Source: an uncultured Verrucomicrobiae bacterium (GTDB lineage: Bacteria > Verrucomicrobiota > Verrucomicrobiia > Limisphaerales > Palsa-1400). Taken from it: a stretch of DNA of 64,000 nt. The position numbers and the translations under genes were made by a program. This document shows positions 50,559 through 60,985 of the stretch, piece after piece; the stretch's first letter is position 1; the number at the start of each line of letters is the position of its first letter. The DNA lies in NCBI GenBank assembly GCA_963707025.1, contig CAVPOM010000012.1, positions 160,001-224,000 on the forward strand, in the 5' to 3' direction. Below the pieces are notes generated by a model. That model saw nothing but the letters and a program-made list of their open reading frames with translations, had not been told where the DNA came from and ran no database searches.

Positions 50559-50828
50559 GTGAGTGCGGAAAGTTTCGGGAAGTCACTGATGCGCGGCCAG
50601 CCGGCTGATGGGACTTTGCGAAAGTTTCCGCTCACACACCGCCAGGGGAATGCCTGTCTTCGACAGTTTGAGACGGTGGAACGGAGAGAAATGGAAGCGC
50701 GGGCCAGTGGAGAGGTTCACTGGCTGGCGCTGGAACGGAGCGGAGTGGAACCGGCTCTAATTGGCGAAGTCAGGCCCCAAAGCGAGCCGATGTGTCGTTG
50801 AAAGCTGCTTTCGGCGAACTCATCGGCG
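50559..50828. repeat. Structured ~265-bp direct repeat, copy 1
   Basis: Colinear with 58886-59149; compensatory changes in two stems. Confidence 0.85.
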
Positions 50829-50906
50829 TTGTTGAAGGCCATATCCTCTGTAAGTAAAAATGGGCAAATGCTGGGACATGTTTCCGAGATGTTTCCGAAC
50901 AGCTTT

Positions 50907-53900
50907 TTATGGCGCGATCAAGGAGTAATATTGATTTCCAGCGCCGGCGTTGTTTGTGATCGTGTTGTTGGTTCCGACAATGCTGATGCCGGTGGTCACC
51001 TGCGTCCAAGTGATCGGCAAAGTCAGGCTGGCGGTCTTGTTCAACACGAAGGCGCTGGCATTGGCCGGCCAGGATACGATGACGTTCGTCAGGCTGGTCA
51101 CGATGGTCAATGAGGGCGCCGTGATGTTGGCGGCCAGGCCCGCCGGTTGGGTCAGGGTGTAATCGGCGTTGCTGGCCCCGGCCAACGTCAGGCCGCTGAC
51201 GGTCACGGCAATGCCGCTGCCCACTCCGGCGCTGGCAAAATTGGCCACGTAACCGTTGGTGTCGAGGGTCAGCGTGTCGCCGCTGACAATGCCTGAGAGA
51301 ACCACAGAGTTGGAAGCCAGCGTCGCAGCCGTAGTGCGGTCATACACTTTGCTGTTGGCGGTAATGCCGGAACTGATGGTCACGGTCGCCGCCGTGATGT
51401 TGGCGGCCAGGCCCGCCGGTTGGGTCAGGGTGTAATCGGCATTGCTGGCCCCGGCCAGCGTCAGGCCGCTGACGGTCACGGCAATGCCGCTGCCCACTCC
51501 GGCGCCGGCAAAATTGGCCACGTAACCGTTGGTGTCGAGGGTCAGCGTGTCGCCGCTGACAATGCCTGAGAGAAGCACAGAGTTGGAACTGAGCGTCGCG
51601 GTGGTGGTGCGGTCATACACTTTGTTGTTGGCCGTGATGCCGGAACTGATGGTCACGGTTGCCGCCGTGATGCTGGCCGTCAGGCCCGCCGGTTGGGTCA
51701 GGGTGTAATCGGCGTTGCTGGCCCCGGCCAGCGTCAGGCCGCTGACGGTCACGGCTATGCTGTTGCCCACTCCGGCGCTGGCGAAATTGGCAGCGTAGCC
51801 GTTGGTATCGAGGGCCAGCGTGTCGCCGCTGACAATGCCTGAGAGAACCACAGAGTTGGAACTCAGCGTCGCGGCGGTGGTGCGGTCATACACTTTGTTG
51901 TTGGCGGTGATGCCGGAACTGATGGTCACGGTCGCCGCCGTGATGTTGGCGGCCAGGGTGGCCGGTTGGGTGAGGGTGTAATCGGCATTGCTGGCCCCGG
52001 TCAGCGTCAGGCCGCTGACGGTCACGGCAATGCCGTTGCCCACTTCCGCGCTGGCGAAATTGGCAGCGTAGCCGTTGGTATTGAGGGTCAGCGTGTCGCC
52101 GCTGACAATGCCTGAGAGAACCACAGAGTTGGAACTCAGCGTGGCGCTGGTGGTTCGGTCATACACTTTGTTGTTGGCGGTGATGCCGGAACTGATGGTC
52201 ACGGTCGCCGCCGTGATGTTGGCGCCCAGGGTGGCCGGTTGGGTGAGGGTGTAATCGGCGTTGCTGGCCCCGGCCAGCGTCAGGCCGGTGACGGTCACGG
52301 CAATGCCGCTGCCCACTCCGGCGCTGGCGAAATTGGCAGCGTAGCCGTTGGTGTTGAGAGTCAGCGTGTCGCCGCTGACAATGCCTGAGAGAACCACAGA
52401 GTTGGAAGCCAGCGTCGCAGCCGTAGTGCGGTCATACACTTTGCTGTTGGCGGTAATGCCGGAACTGATGGTCACGGTCGCCGCCGTGATGTTGGCGGCC
52501 AGGCCCGCCGGTTGGGTCAGGGTGTAATCGGCATTGCTGGCCCCGGCCAGCGTCAGGCCGCTGACGGTCACGGCAATGCTGTTGCCCACTCCGGCGCTGG
52601 CGAAATTGGCAGCGTAGCCGTTGGTATTGAGGGCCAGCGTGTCGCCGCTGACAATGCCGGAGAGAACCACAGAGTTGGAACTCAGCGTCGCGCTGGTGGT
52701 GCGGTCATATACCTTGCTGTTGGCTGTGATACCGGAACTGATGGTCACGGTCGCCGCCGTGATGTTGGCCGTCAGGCCCGCCGGTTGGGTCAGGGTGTAA
52801 TCGGCGTTGCTGGCCCCGGCCAACGTCAGGCCGCTGACGGTCACGGCAATGCTGTTGCCCACTCCGGCGCTGGCGAAATTGGCAGCGTAGCCGTTGGTAT
52901 TGAGGGCCAGCGTGTCGCCGCTGACAATGCCGGAGAGAACCACAGAGTTGGAACTCAGCGTCGCGCTGGTGGTGCGGTCATATACCTTGCTGTTGGCTGT
53001 GATACCGGAACTGATGGTCACGGTCGCCGCCGTGATGCTGGCCGTCAGGCCCGCCGGTTGGGTCAGGGTGTAATCGGCATTGCTGGCCCCGGCCAACGTC
53101 AGGCCGCTGACGGTCACGGCAATGCCGTTGCCCACTTCCGCGCTGGCGAAGGTGGCGGTGTAGGCGTTGGTGTTCAGGCTCAGCGTGTCGCCGCTGACGA
53201 TGCCTAAGAGAACCACGCTGTTGGAACCGAGCGTGGCGGTCGTCGTCCGGTCATATACCTTGCTGTTGGCTGTGATACCGGAACTGATGGTCACGGCCGC
53301 CGCCGTGATGTTGGCCGTCAGGCCCGCCGGTTGGGTGAGGGTGTAATCGGCGTTGCTGGCCCCGGCCAAGGTCAGGCCGCTAACGGTCACGGCAATGCTG
53401 TTGCCCACTCCGGCACTGGCGAAATTGGCAGCGTAGCCGTTGGTATTGAGGGCCAGCGTGTCGCCGCTGACAATGCCGGAGAGAACCACAGAGTTGGAAC
53501 TCAGCGTCGCGCTGGTGGTGCGGTCATATACCTTGTTGTTGGCTGTGATACCGGAACTGATGGTCACGGTCGCCGCCGTGATGTTGGCCGTCAGGCCCGC
53601 CGGTTGGGTCAGGGTGTAATCGGCGTTGCTGGCCCCGGTCAAGGTCAGGCCACTGACGGTCACGGCAATGCTGTTGCCCACTCCGGCGCTGGCGAAATTG
53701 GCAGCGTAGCCGTTGGTGTTGAGAGTCAGCGTGTCGCCGCTGACGATGCCTAAGAGAACCACGCTGTTGGAACTGAGCGTGGCGGTCGTCGTCCGGTCAT
53801 ATACCTTGCTGTTGGCTGTGATACCGGAACTGATGGTCACGGCCGCCGCCGTGATGTTGGCCGTCAGGCCCGCCGGTTGGGTGAGGGTGTAATCGGCGTT

Positions 53901-56900
53901 GCTGGCCCCGGCCAAGGTCAGGCCGCTAACGGTCACGGCAATGCTGTTGCCCACTCCGGCGCTGGCGAAATTGGCAGCGTAGCCGTTGGTATTGAGGGCC
54001 AGCGTGTCGCCGCTGACAATGCCGGAGAGAACCACAGAGTTGGAACTCAGCGTCGCGCTGGTGGTGCGGTCATATACCTTGTTGTTGGCTGTGATACCGG
54101 AACTGATGGTCACGGCCGCCGCCGTGATGCTGGCCGTCAGGCCCGCCGGTTGGGTCAGGGTGTAATCGGCGTTGCTGGCCCCGGCCAACGTCAGGCCGCT
54201 GACGGTCACGGCAATGCCGTTGCCCACTTCCGCGCTGGCGAAGGTGGCGGTGTAGGCGTTGGTGTTCAGGCTCAGCGTGTCGCCGCTGACGATGCCTAAG
54301 AGAACCACGCTGTTGGAACTGAGCGTGGCGGTCGTCGTCCGGTCATATACCTTGCTGTTGGCTGTGATACCGGAACTGATGGTCACGGCCGCCGCCGTGA
54401 TGTTGGCCGTCAGGCCCGCCGGTTGGGTCAGGGTGTAGTTGGTGGCCCTGGCCCCGGCCAGCGTCAGGCCGCTGACGGTCACGGCAATGCTGTTGCCCAC
54501 TCCGGCGATGGCGAAGTTGGCGACGTAACCGTTGGTGTTCAGGCTCACGGTATCGCCGTTGAAAACGGTTGAGAGCGCCACATTATTGGAATTGAGCGTC
54601 GCCATCGTCGTCCGGTCGTACACCTTGTTATTGACGGTGATGCCTGACGCGATGGTCAGCGGCGAGGGATTGATCGTCAGCGCGCCGTTGACAAAGGGTC
54701 CGAACGTGTAGTTGGCCGCTGCGAGCGTGCCCGATGACGGCGTCACGCTGTAGGTGCCCACCCCGCTTGTCACCGTTGCTGCCGTGCTGAAATCGGGTGC
54801 TCCGCTGACCACGCTAATCGTTTCACCGTTCACGAACCCGCTGTAGGCCGCGCTGAAATCGGGATTCGCCGCGCCGTAATCGCGCGAGGCGGGGTTGGCT
54901 GTGACGGTCAAACCGGCGCGGTTCACCGTCAGCGCGCCGTTGGTGTAAGTGATCGCATAATTGCCCGGCGTGAACGTCCCGCCCGTCGCCGCGCTTGGCA
55001 CAATGCTGTAGGGCGAGCCGCTTACTGGCGCGTTGGAAATGGCGCCATCGCTCGTCAGCGTGACCGTGCCCATTGTCTCGGAGTTCTGCAACGGGGTGGA
55101 AACAAATTCCGTCCCTGCGAAGGTGACGTTTGAGCCGTAAGTTTTGCTAAAGCTGTTTGCGGTGATGCCCAGAGGTGCCGGATTTACGGTGAGTTGGCCG
55201 TTGGCGTAGGTAATGATGTAGTTGGTCAATCCTGCGTCGCCGAGCGCATTGTTGATGGTGATCGCGTAGGGCGAACCGCTGACGGGCGCATTGGAGATGG
55301 CGCCAGTGCTGGCGAGCGAGGCGCTCGTCACGGTATCGCCGTTGACCAGGCCGCTGGTCGCGAACTCGGTACCGGCGAAGCTGAGAGTCTGGCCGTAAGT
55401 CTTGGTCTGGTTGGTCGCGGTGACACTCAACGGCGCTTGCAACACCGTAATCGGCACCTGGAACGAAGCCGGCGCGTCGCTGGGATCGGAGGGCGTAAAC
55501 GTCGCCGTCAGCAATTGGCCAGCCCCCGAATTGAGCACCGTCCCCGCCACGGGATTGTAAGCGAAGGTTCCGGCCACGCTGGGCGTCGTTGAGGGATTCA
55601 ACTGACTCGCACCCAGCGGGGTGCCGTAGGTGATGTTCGCCGGCGTGGCCCAAGTAATCTGCCCAATATTGGTGAGAACCAGGGCAGTGGGTGTGTAGTT
55701 GGTCTTCCAAATGGCACCCGAAGGCGAGGAAAAATTGGTGAATGCGCCAGAAGCTGAAGCGAAAGTCAGAACCGAAAATGAATCGCCTACTGCCGGGAGA
55801 TAACTATTGTTCAAGTGGACGCTGATTGAGCCGTCCAGCGTGGAAGGGTTATCTGAAAGATAAATCTGCCCAAAGCTGGTCAGGTTGCTGATGCCAAAAT
55901 TCAGTGTGCCACCGGTCAAAGCAAAGTCAGCATTCAGACTGATTGTTCCTGCTTCCGCATCCAAAATGCCGCTGTTATTCAGATAAACGTTGAAGCTGGT
56001 GGTGCCGCTTCCGGCGCTCTTGCTCACCGTGCCCGCGTTCTGGAACTGCGCCGAAGTACCTGAGTCGTTATATATCTGCTGGTCACATTGAATGGTCCAC
56101 AGCGCGCCCGCCTCGTTCCAAATCGCGCCCGCGTAATCGGGAATGCCGCTTATGTAGCGTATGTCCACGTCCCCTGCCTGCCAGTTGACCGTCCCCTCAT
56201 TGGTCAAAGCGCCATACAAAGTGAGAGTCCCTTCAATGTTCAACACCCCGTTGCTCGCCACCGTCAGTGACGCGCCAGGGCTGCCATTGTAAAGGTTGCC
56301 ACCGTAAAGGTTCAAGGTGCCGCCCTGAGCGATCTGGCCGGTTACGCTGGCCCCGTAAAGGTTCACTACGCCCGTGAAATCGTTCAGCAGCACGCTGGCA
56401 CCGGTTATTCGCACCAAACCCGGCCCTTGGAATTCAGGCGTAGTGCTCAGGCTCACCGTTCCTCCAGCAAAGTAGATCGCTCCGCTGGCCCCAGCCTGGA
56501 AGCTCCCACCCAAATCACTGCCGTCATTAAAGTCAATCGTGCCGTTCTGCGCCTGCACACTGCCGCTGTTGGCGAAGAAGACATTGAAGCTGGTCGTGCC
56601 GCTTCCGGCGCTCTTGCTCACCGTGCCCGCGTTCTGGAACTGCGCCGGCTGCGCCGAATCACCAGCGTACGAGTTATATATCTGCTGGTCACATTGAATG
56701 GCCCACAGCGCGCCCGCCTCGTTCCAAATCGCGCCCGCGTAGTCGGGATTGCCGCCTATATATGCTATGTCCACGTCGCCTGCCTGCCAGTTCACCGTCC
56801 CCGCATTGGTCAAAGGGCCATACAAAGTGAGAGTCCCTTCAATGTTCAACACCCCGTTGCTCGCCACCGTCAGTGACGCGCCAGGGCTGCCATTGTAAAG

Positions 56901-58508
56901 GTTGCCACCGTAAAGGTTCAAGGTGCCGCCCTGAGCGATCTGGCCGGTTACGCTGGCCCCGTAAAGGTTCACTACGCCCGTGAAATCGTTCAGCAGCACG
57001 CTGGCACCGGTTATTCGCACCAAACCCGGCCCTTGGAATTCAGGCGTAGTGCTCAGGCTCACCGTTCCGCCAGCAAAGTAGATCGCTCCGCTGGCCCCAG
57101 CCTGGAAGCTCCCACCCAAATCACTGCCGTCATTAAAGTCAATCGTGCCGTTCTGCGCCTGCACACTGCCGCTGTTGGCGAAGAAGACATTGAAGCTGGT
57201 CGTGCCGCTTCCGGCGCTCTTGCTCACCGTGCCCGCGTTCTGGAACTGCGCCGGCTGCGCCGAATCACCAGCCAACCCGTTATATATCTGCTGGTCACAT
57301 TGAATGGCCCACAGCGCGCCCGCCTCGTTCCAAATCGCGCCCGCGTAGTCGGGATTGCCGCCTATATATGCTATGTCCACGTCGCCTGCCTGCCAGTTCA
57401 CCGTCCCCGCATTGGTCAAAGGGCCATACAAAGTAACAGTCCCTTCAACGTTCAACACCGCGTTGCTCGCCACCGTCAGTGACGCGCCAGGGCTGCCATT
57501 GTAAAGGTTGCCACCGTAAAGGTTCAAGGTGCCGCCCTGAGCGATTTGACCCGATACGCTGGCCCCGTAAAGGTTCACTACGCCCGTGAAATCGTTCAGC
57601 AGCACGCTGGCACCGGTTATTCGCACCAAACCCGGCCCTTGGAATTCAGGCGTAGTGCTCAGGCTCACCGTTCCGCCAGCAAAGTAGATCGCTCCGCTGG
57701 CCCCAGCCTGGAAGCTCCCACCCAAATCACTGCCGTCATTAAAGTCAATCGTGCCGTTCTGCGCCTGCACACTGCCGCTGTTGGCGAAGAAGACATTGAA
57801 GCTGGTCGTGCCGCTTCCGGCGCTCTTGCTCACCGTGCCCGCGTTCTGGAACTGCGCCGGCTGCGCCGAATCACCAGCCAACCCGTTATATATCTGCTGG
57901 TCACATTGAATGGCCCACAGCGCGCCCGCCTGGTTCCAAATCGCGCCCGCGTAGTTGGGATTGCCGTCTATATATGCTAAGGCCACGTCGCCTGCCTGCC
58001 AGTTCACCGTCCCTGCATTGGTCAGGGGGCTGTAGATTTGAACGCCTCCTTCAATGTTCAACACCCCGTTGCTCGCTATGGTCAAGGAAGAACCCGGATT
58101 TAATTGTCCACCTGTCCAATTGAATAGGCCTTGCACACCAAGGTTGCCGCTGCCCCCAAAACTGCCGCCGCTCACACCAAAGATGCCGTTGGTCCCGATC
58201 ATGCTGGCGTTATTGAGCGTGAGGGAAAAACTGGCGTTCGTAAGGGTTTGTTCTCCGCTGGCGGCACCAAGGGTGAGGCTGTTTATCGTTGGGCTGGTAT
58301 CCAGCGTGACAAGGTAAGTGCCGTCCGCGGCAATTACAGCATCGTCGGACGAACCCGGGACCTGGTTCGGATTCCAGTTGGCGGCCAGGCTCCAGTTTCC
58401 GCCGCTGGTGTTGGTCCAGGTGATCGTAGCTGCTTGGCAGGGAATGATTAAGAAAAAAGCGGCCAAACTACAAAAATGCAAAATGCCGGGACTACTTTTT
58501 GTTTTCAT
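50907..58508 (-). CDS. Giant secreted adhesin-like protein (beta-helix repeats, MBG-like domains, 13 YDG-type repeats)
   Basis: Signal peptide then WTNTSGGNWS..NW; 202-aa repeats; KTYG/RDYG domains; 13 KVYDRTT repeats; start MKTKSS. Confidence 0.9.
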   Translation of the reverse strand: MKTKSSPGILHFCSLAAFFLIIPCQAATITWTNTSGGNWSLAANWNPNQVPGSSDDAVIAADGTYLVTLDTSPTINSLTLGAASGEQTLTNASFSLTLNNASMIGTNGIFGVSGGSFGGSGNLGVQGLFNWTGGQLNPGSSLTIASNGVLNIEGGVQIYSPLTNAGTVNWQAGDVALAYIDGNPNYAGAIWNQAGALWAIQCDQQIYNGLAGDSAQPAQFQNAGTVSKSAGSGTTSFNVFFANSGSVQAQNGTIDFNDGSDLGGSFQAGASGAIYFAGGTVSLSTTPEFQGPGLVRITGASVLLNDFTGVVNLYGASVSGQIAQGGTLNLYGGNLYNGSPGASLTVASNAVLNVEGTVTLYGPLTNAGTVNWQAGDVDIAYIGGNPDYAGAIWNEAGALWAIQCDQQIYNGLAGDSAQPAQFQNAGTVSKSAGSGTTSFNVFFANSGSVQAQNGTIDFNDGSDLGGSFQAGASGAIYFAGGTVSLSTTPEFQGPGLVRITGASVLLNDFTGVVNLYGASVTGQIAQGGTLNLYGGNLYNGSPGASLTVASNGVLNIEGTLTLYGPLTNAGTVNWQAGDVDIAYIGGNPDYAGAIWNEAGALWAIQCDQQIYNSYAGDSAQPAQFQNAGTVSKSAGSGTTSFNVFFANSGSVQAQNGTIDFNDGSDLGGSFQAGASGAIYFAGGTVSLSTTPEFQGPGLVRITGASVLLNDFTGVVNLYGASVTGQIAQGGTLNLYGGNLYNGSPGASLTVASNGVLNIEGTLTLYGALTNEGTVNWQAGDVDIRYISGIPDYAGAIWNEAGALWTIQCDQQIYNDSGTSAQFQNAGTVSKSAGSGTTSFNVYLNNSGILDAEAGTISLNADFALTGGTLNFGISNLTSFGQIYLSDNPSTLDGSISVHLNNSYLPAVGDSFSVLTFASASGAFTNFSSPSGAIWKTNYTPTALVLTNIGQITWATPANITYGTPLGASQLNPSTTPSVAGTFAYNPVAGTVLNSGAGQLLTATFTPSDPSDAPASFQVPITVLQAPLSVTATNQTKTYGQTLSFAGTEFATSGLVNGDTVTSASLASTGAISNAPVSGSPYAITINNALGDAGLTNYIITYANGQLTVNPAPLGITANSFSKTYGSNVTFAGTEFVSTPLQNSETMGTVTLTSDGAISNAPVSGSPYSIVPSAATGGTFTPGNYAITYTNGALTVNRAGLTVTANPASRDYGAANPDFSAAYSGFVNGETISVVSGAPDFSTAATVTSGVGTYSVTPSSGTLAAANYTFGPFVNGALTINPSPLTIASGITVNNKVYDRTTMATLNSNNVALSTVFNGDTVSLNTNGYVANFAIAGVGNSIAVTVSGLTLAGARATNYTLTQPAGLTANITAAAVTISSGITANSKVYDRTTTATLSSNSVVLLGIVSGDTLSLNTNAYTATFASAEVGNGIAVTVSGLTLAGASNADYTLTQPAGLTASITAAAVTISSGITANNKVYDRTTSATLSSNSVVLSGIVSGDTLALNTNGYAANFASAGVGNSIAVTVSGLTLAGASNADYTLTQPAGLTANITAAAVTISSGITANSKVYDRTTTATLSSNSVVLLGIVSGDTLTLNTNGYAANFASAGVGNSIAVTVSGLTLTGASNADYTLTQPAGLTANITAATVTISSGITANNKVYDRTTSATLSSNSVVLSGIVSGDTLALNTNGYAANFASAGVGNSIAVTVSGLTLAGASNADYTLTQPAGLTANITAAAVTISSGITANSKVYDRTTTATLGSNSVVLLGIVSGDTLSLNTNAYTATFASAEVGNGIAVTVSGLTLAGASNADYTLTQPAGLTASITAATVTISSGITANSKVYDRTTSATLSSNSVVLSGIVSGDTLALNTNGYAANFASAGVGNSIAVTVSGLTLAGASNADYTLTQPAGLTANITAATVTISSGITANSKVYDRTTSATLSSNSVVLSGIVSGDTLALNTNGYAANFASAGVGNSIAVTVSGLTLAGASNADYTLTQPAGLAANITAATVTISSGITANSKVYDRTTAATLASNSVVLSGIVSGDTLTLNTNGYAANFASAGVGSGIAVTVTGLTLAGASNADYTLTQPATLGANITAATVTISSGITANNKVYDRTTSATLSSNSVVLSGIVSGDTLTLNTNGYAANFASAEVGNGIAVTVSGLTLTGASNADYTLTQPATLAANITAATVTISSGITANNKVYDRTTAATLSSNSVVLSGIVSGDTLALDTNGYAANFASAGVGNSIAVTVSGLTLAGASNADYTLTQPAGLTASITAATVTISSGITANNKVYDRTTTATLSSNSVLLSGIVSGDTLTLDTNGYVANFAGAGVGSGIAVTVSGLTLAGASNADYTLTQPAGLAANITAATVTISSGITANSKVYDRTTAATLASNSVVLSGIVSGDTLTLDTNGYVANFASAGVGSGIAVTVSGLTLAGASNADYTLTQPAGLAANITAPSLTIVTSLTNVIVSWPANASAFVLNKTASLTLPITWTQVTTGISIVGTNNTITNNAGAGNQYYSLIAP
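51117..54665 (-). repeat. 13 x 273-bp intragenic tandem repeats
   Basis: 273-nt period (e.g. 51121 and 51394); 91-aa units. Confidence 0.92.
55990..58085 (-). repeat. About 3.5 x 606-bp intragenic tandem repeats
   Basis: TGGAACTGCGCCGG at 56635, 57241, 57847. Confidence 0.9.
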
Positions 58509-58885
58509 ACAGAATGCCTGATGGTTTTCGTGCTGCCGCGTTCCGAGGAAAGGCGATGAACACCTCATCTCAGATCGAAAAACAGCCAAATTGGTTTATG
58601 GAATATCGTAATTTGTCCATCAAACGGACTTTAATGTCAACGAAGATTCAATGAATAATCAGAGCCAACGAGGAATCGGTTCAATTGGGCGACGGCGGGT
58701 GCCCGACTGCGAACTGCATTTTCTGCCTCTTGTTCTGGAGGTCAGGCTGGAAGAACTGTTTCCAAAAATGTCCCTTTCAGGAAGATTGGGCCGCATTTCC
58801 AATCCGGCGCAAGCCTCGCAGTTTTCCCAATCCATGCCGAAAATTGAGGGGGCCTTCCTTGGCTCCAGAATTTAGTTGTGACGAA

Positions 58886-59149
58886 GTGAGGGCGGCAGTT
58901 TCGGCAAAGCCCTGATGCGCGGCCTGCCGGCTGAGGGACTTGGCGAAAGCTTACGCGCTCATGGCGCCAGGGCAGCCTGTCTTCGGCGATTTGAGACGGT
59001 GGAACGCCGTGGAATGGAAGCGCGGGCCGGTGGAGCGGTTCACCGGGCGGCGCTGGAATGGAGCGGAGTGGAATCGGCTTGAATTGGCGAAGTCAGGCCC
59101 GTCCGCAGCCGATGTGTCGTTGGAAGCTGCTTCCGGCGACTCATCGGCG
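58886..59149. repeat. Structured ~265-bp direct repeat, copy 2
   Basis: Colinear with 50559-50828. Confidence 0.85.
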
Positions 59150-59235
59150 GGCCTGGGATCGCCCCTTTTATTGGGTGCTTCCCGGCTCATTCTAATTTGC
59201 TTTCAAGATGAGTGTAACTGTGCTATCGTTTGTGG

Positions 59236-59730
59236 ATGGCAAGACCTATTCAAATTGATGTGAAACGTGTGACCCAAGCGAGGCTCACGGTGAAAGCGAC
59301 CCGAAATCTTGATGACTTTAAGTCGGCGCTGGCGATCCTACTACCGGCTCAAGCGGGACTGACTCTCGAGGAAACCGCCCGCATGTTGGGTGTCGGAACG
59401 GCGTCGGTTAATCGATTGCAAGCCCGGCTGCACGTTGGTCGCACCACCTGGTCAGAGCGACGCAATTGCCAGCCGCATGACGTGCCGGTTCTGGTCGCCA
59501 CCCGGCTGTTGAAGCCGTTGGGTAATCCGGTGCCAAGTGCTGTCAAGTACTTTTCAAGGTTGGAAATCCTGGACCTCGCGCAGGATCGTAGCTGGCTGGT
59601 GAGGGTGACGAACGCCGTCAATCAGCACTGGCAAACAAAAAATGCCCAAAGGAAAAACCGCTCTGTGAGTGGTCCACAGAACGATCCTCCCCGCCTGGTT
59701 GGAATGCCAGCGGTTTCCACCTTCGGTTGA
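59236..59730 (+). pseudogene. Probable chimera: IS630-like HTH fragment fused to the 3' part of an element HTH gene
   Basis: GLTLEETARMLGVGTASVNRLQ, then abrupt switch to CQPHDVPVLVATRLLKPLGNP. Confidence 0.5.
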
Positions 59731-59735
59731 CGCTC

Positions 59736-60783
59736 TCAAGCGACGGCGGCTGGCATTGGCACAATCACGCCCTCGGCGGCAGCGAATTTCCTCTCATAAT
59801 CCTCCAAGGTTGGAATCACCACTTGGGCTTTTCTCGCGTAGGCGCGATGGACGGCCTTGCTTTGGTGCCCCAAAGCCTCCTGGGCGAATCTTTCCGGGTA
59901 GCCGCAGGTCTTTGGCGCGTTCCGCCCAAGCGTAGCAGTAGGAATGCAGGGTGATGCCTTTAATCATCAACCGGCGGCAGGCGCGGGCGAACTCCGTTGC
60001 CCGGTGCCCCTCCCGCATCGGCATGAGTTGGGGGAAGAGCGGACCTGATTGCGGGAGCGTCCGCAACACGGCCTCAAGCTCTCCGCCAAAGCGGATGATC
60101 GAAGCGGTTCCGGTCTTGTGGCGGTGGAAGCTGACGACCTTGCCGTGCCAGTCAATATCCTCTGCGGTCAAGCTCGCAAGGTCGGATTGAGCGCCGCCCA
60201 GGAGCCAGCAGAATTCGTAAAACGCCCGGCGTTCCGGGTTCAGTTCGCCGGTGATGATGGCTCCATGTTCTTCCCTGGTGATGGCCCGTTTGGCTTTGAA
60301 CCGCACAGCCGGCCATTGGCGTTTGGGCACCAGTGGCCAGGCGAGCCAGTTCATGTCCAGGCAGAAGTTGTGCAGGCGGCGCAGATAAACGTTGGTCGAG
60401 ACCGTGCCGCTTTGAAGGGTCTTGAGCAATAGTTCGCCCGGCGTGTCAATGATGGTGCGGGGGAGCAACGGGGCAAGCGCCCTGTCTTTTGCCACGCGCA
60501 GCCAGCGTTGGCGGTTGGCCCCTTGCTTGGACTCAATCAGCGTTTCCATTGCTTGCTGCCAGGTGCGGGTGGTCAGGGCGTTGTCGGCACCCGCCAAATA
60601 GGCTCTGGCGATTTGCAGGTTGAGGACCGGCTGGCGCTCGGCGGCATTCTGGGCCTCGATAATCTGTCTGGCCTCCGGCTCGCTGGTGGTGTGAAGGCTG
60701 GCGCGCTTGCCTGTTTTCTTGTCAACAGAATAATATGTTCCGCCGCGGATGCCACGGAAGATTAAGCGGTAACGTGCATTCAT
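59736..60783 (-). pseudogene. Tyrosine integrase with HxxR changed to HxxC and a +1 frameshift
   Basis: EDIDW, KTG, LHSYCY; after one extra A (~59912) the frame continues TCGYPERFAQEALGHQSKAVHRAY to TGA at 59736. Confidence 0.85.
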
Positions 60784-60959
60784 AACTTTTCTCACGTAAC
60801 CGCGATGGTAAAAGAACCCGAATCCGAACCGTTAGCGAGTAGCGGGAGAGTTATCCCCGGTTATCGCGAATTCTGACGGAGTACCAAATTTGGTGTCCGT
60901 TCCGGTGTCCGTTTTGGACCTTGCCGCTGCCAACTCCTTGCTGCGCAAGCAGTTGGAGA

Positions 60960-60985
60960 TGGAGGCGGGGGTCGGAATTGGACCG
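60960..60985 (-). other. tRNA 3'-end fragment (Cys-like) within the att site
   Basis: CGGTCCAATTCCGACCCCCGCCTCCA: T-arm-like stem, acceptor 3' strand, U-CCA; no 5' half. Confidence 0.7.

Larger units (their letters stand above)
49433..60983. mobile_element. Tyrosine-integrase integrative element (~11.5 kb)
   Basis: Direct repeat CGGAATTGGAC at 49433-49443 and 60973-60983; paired GGTGTCCGT repeats inside both ends; integrase next to the right end. Confidence 0.88.

Noticed and set aside
51117..54665. Regular repeats as a CRISPR array
   Set aside because: 273-bp in-frame coding repeats with no spacers; no cas genes
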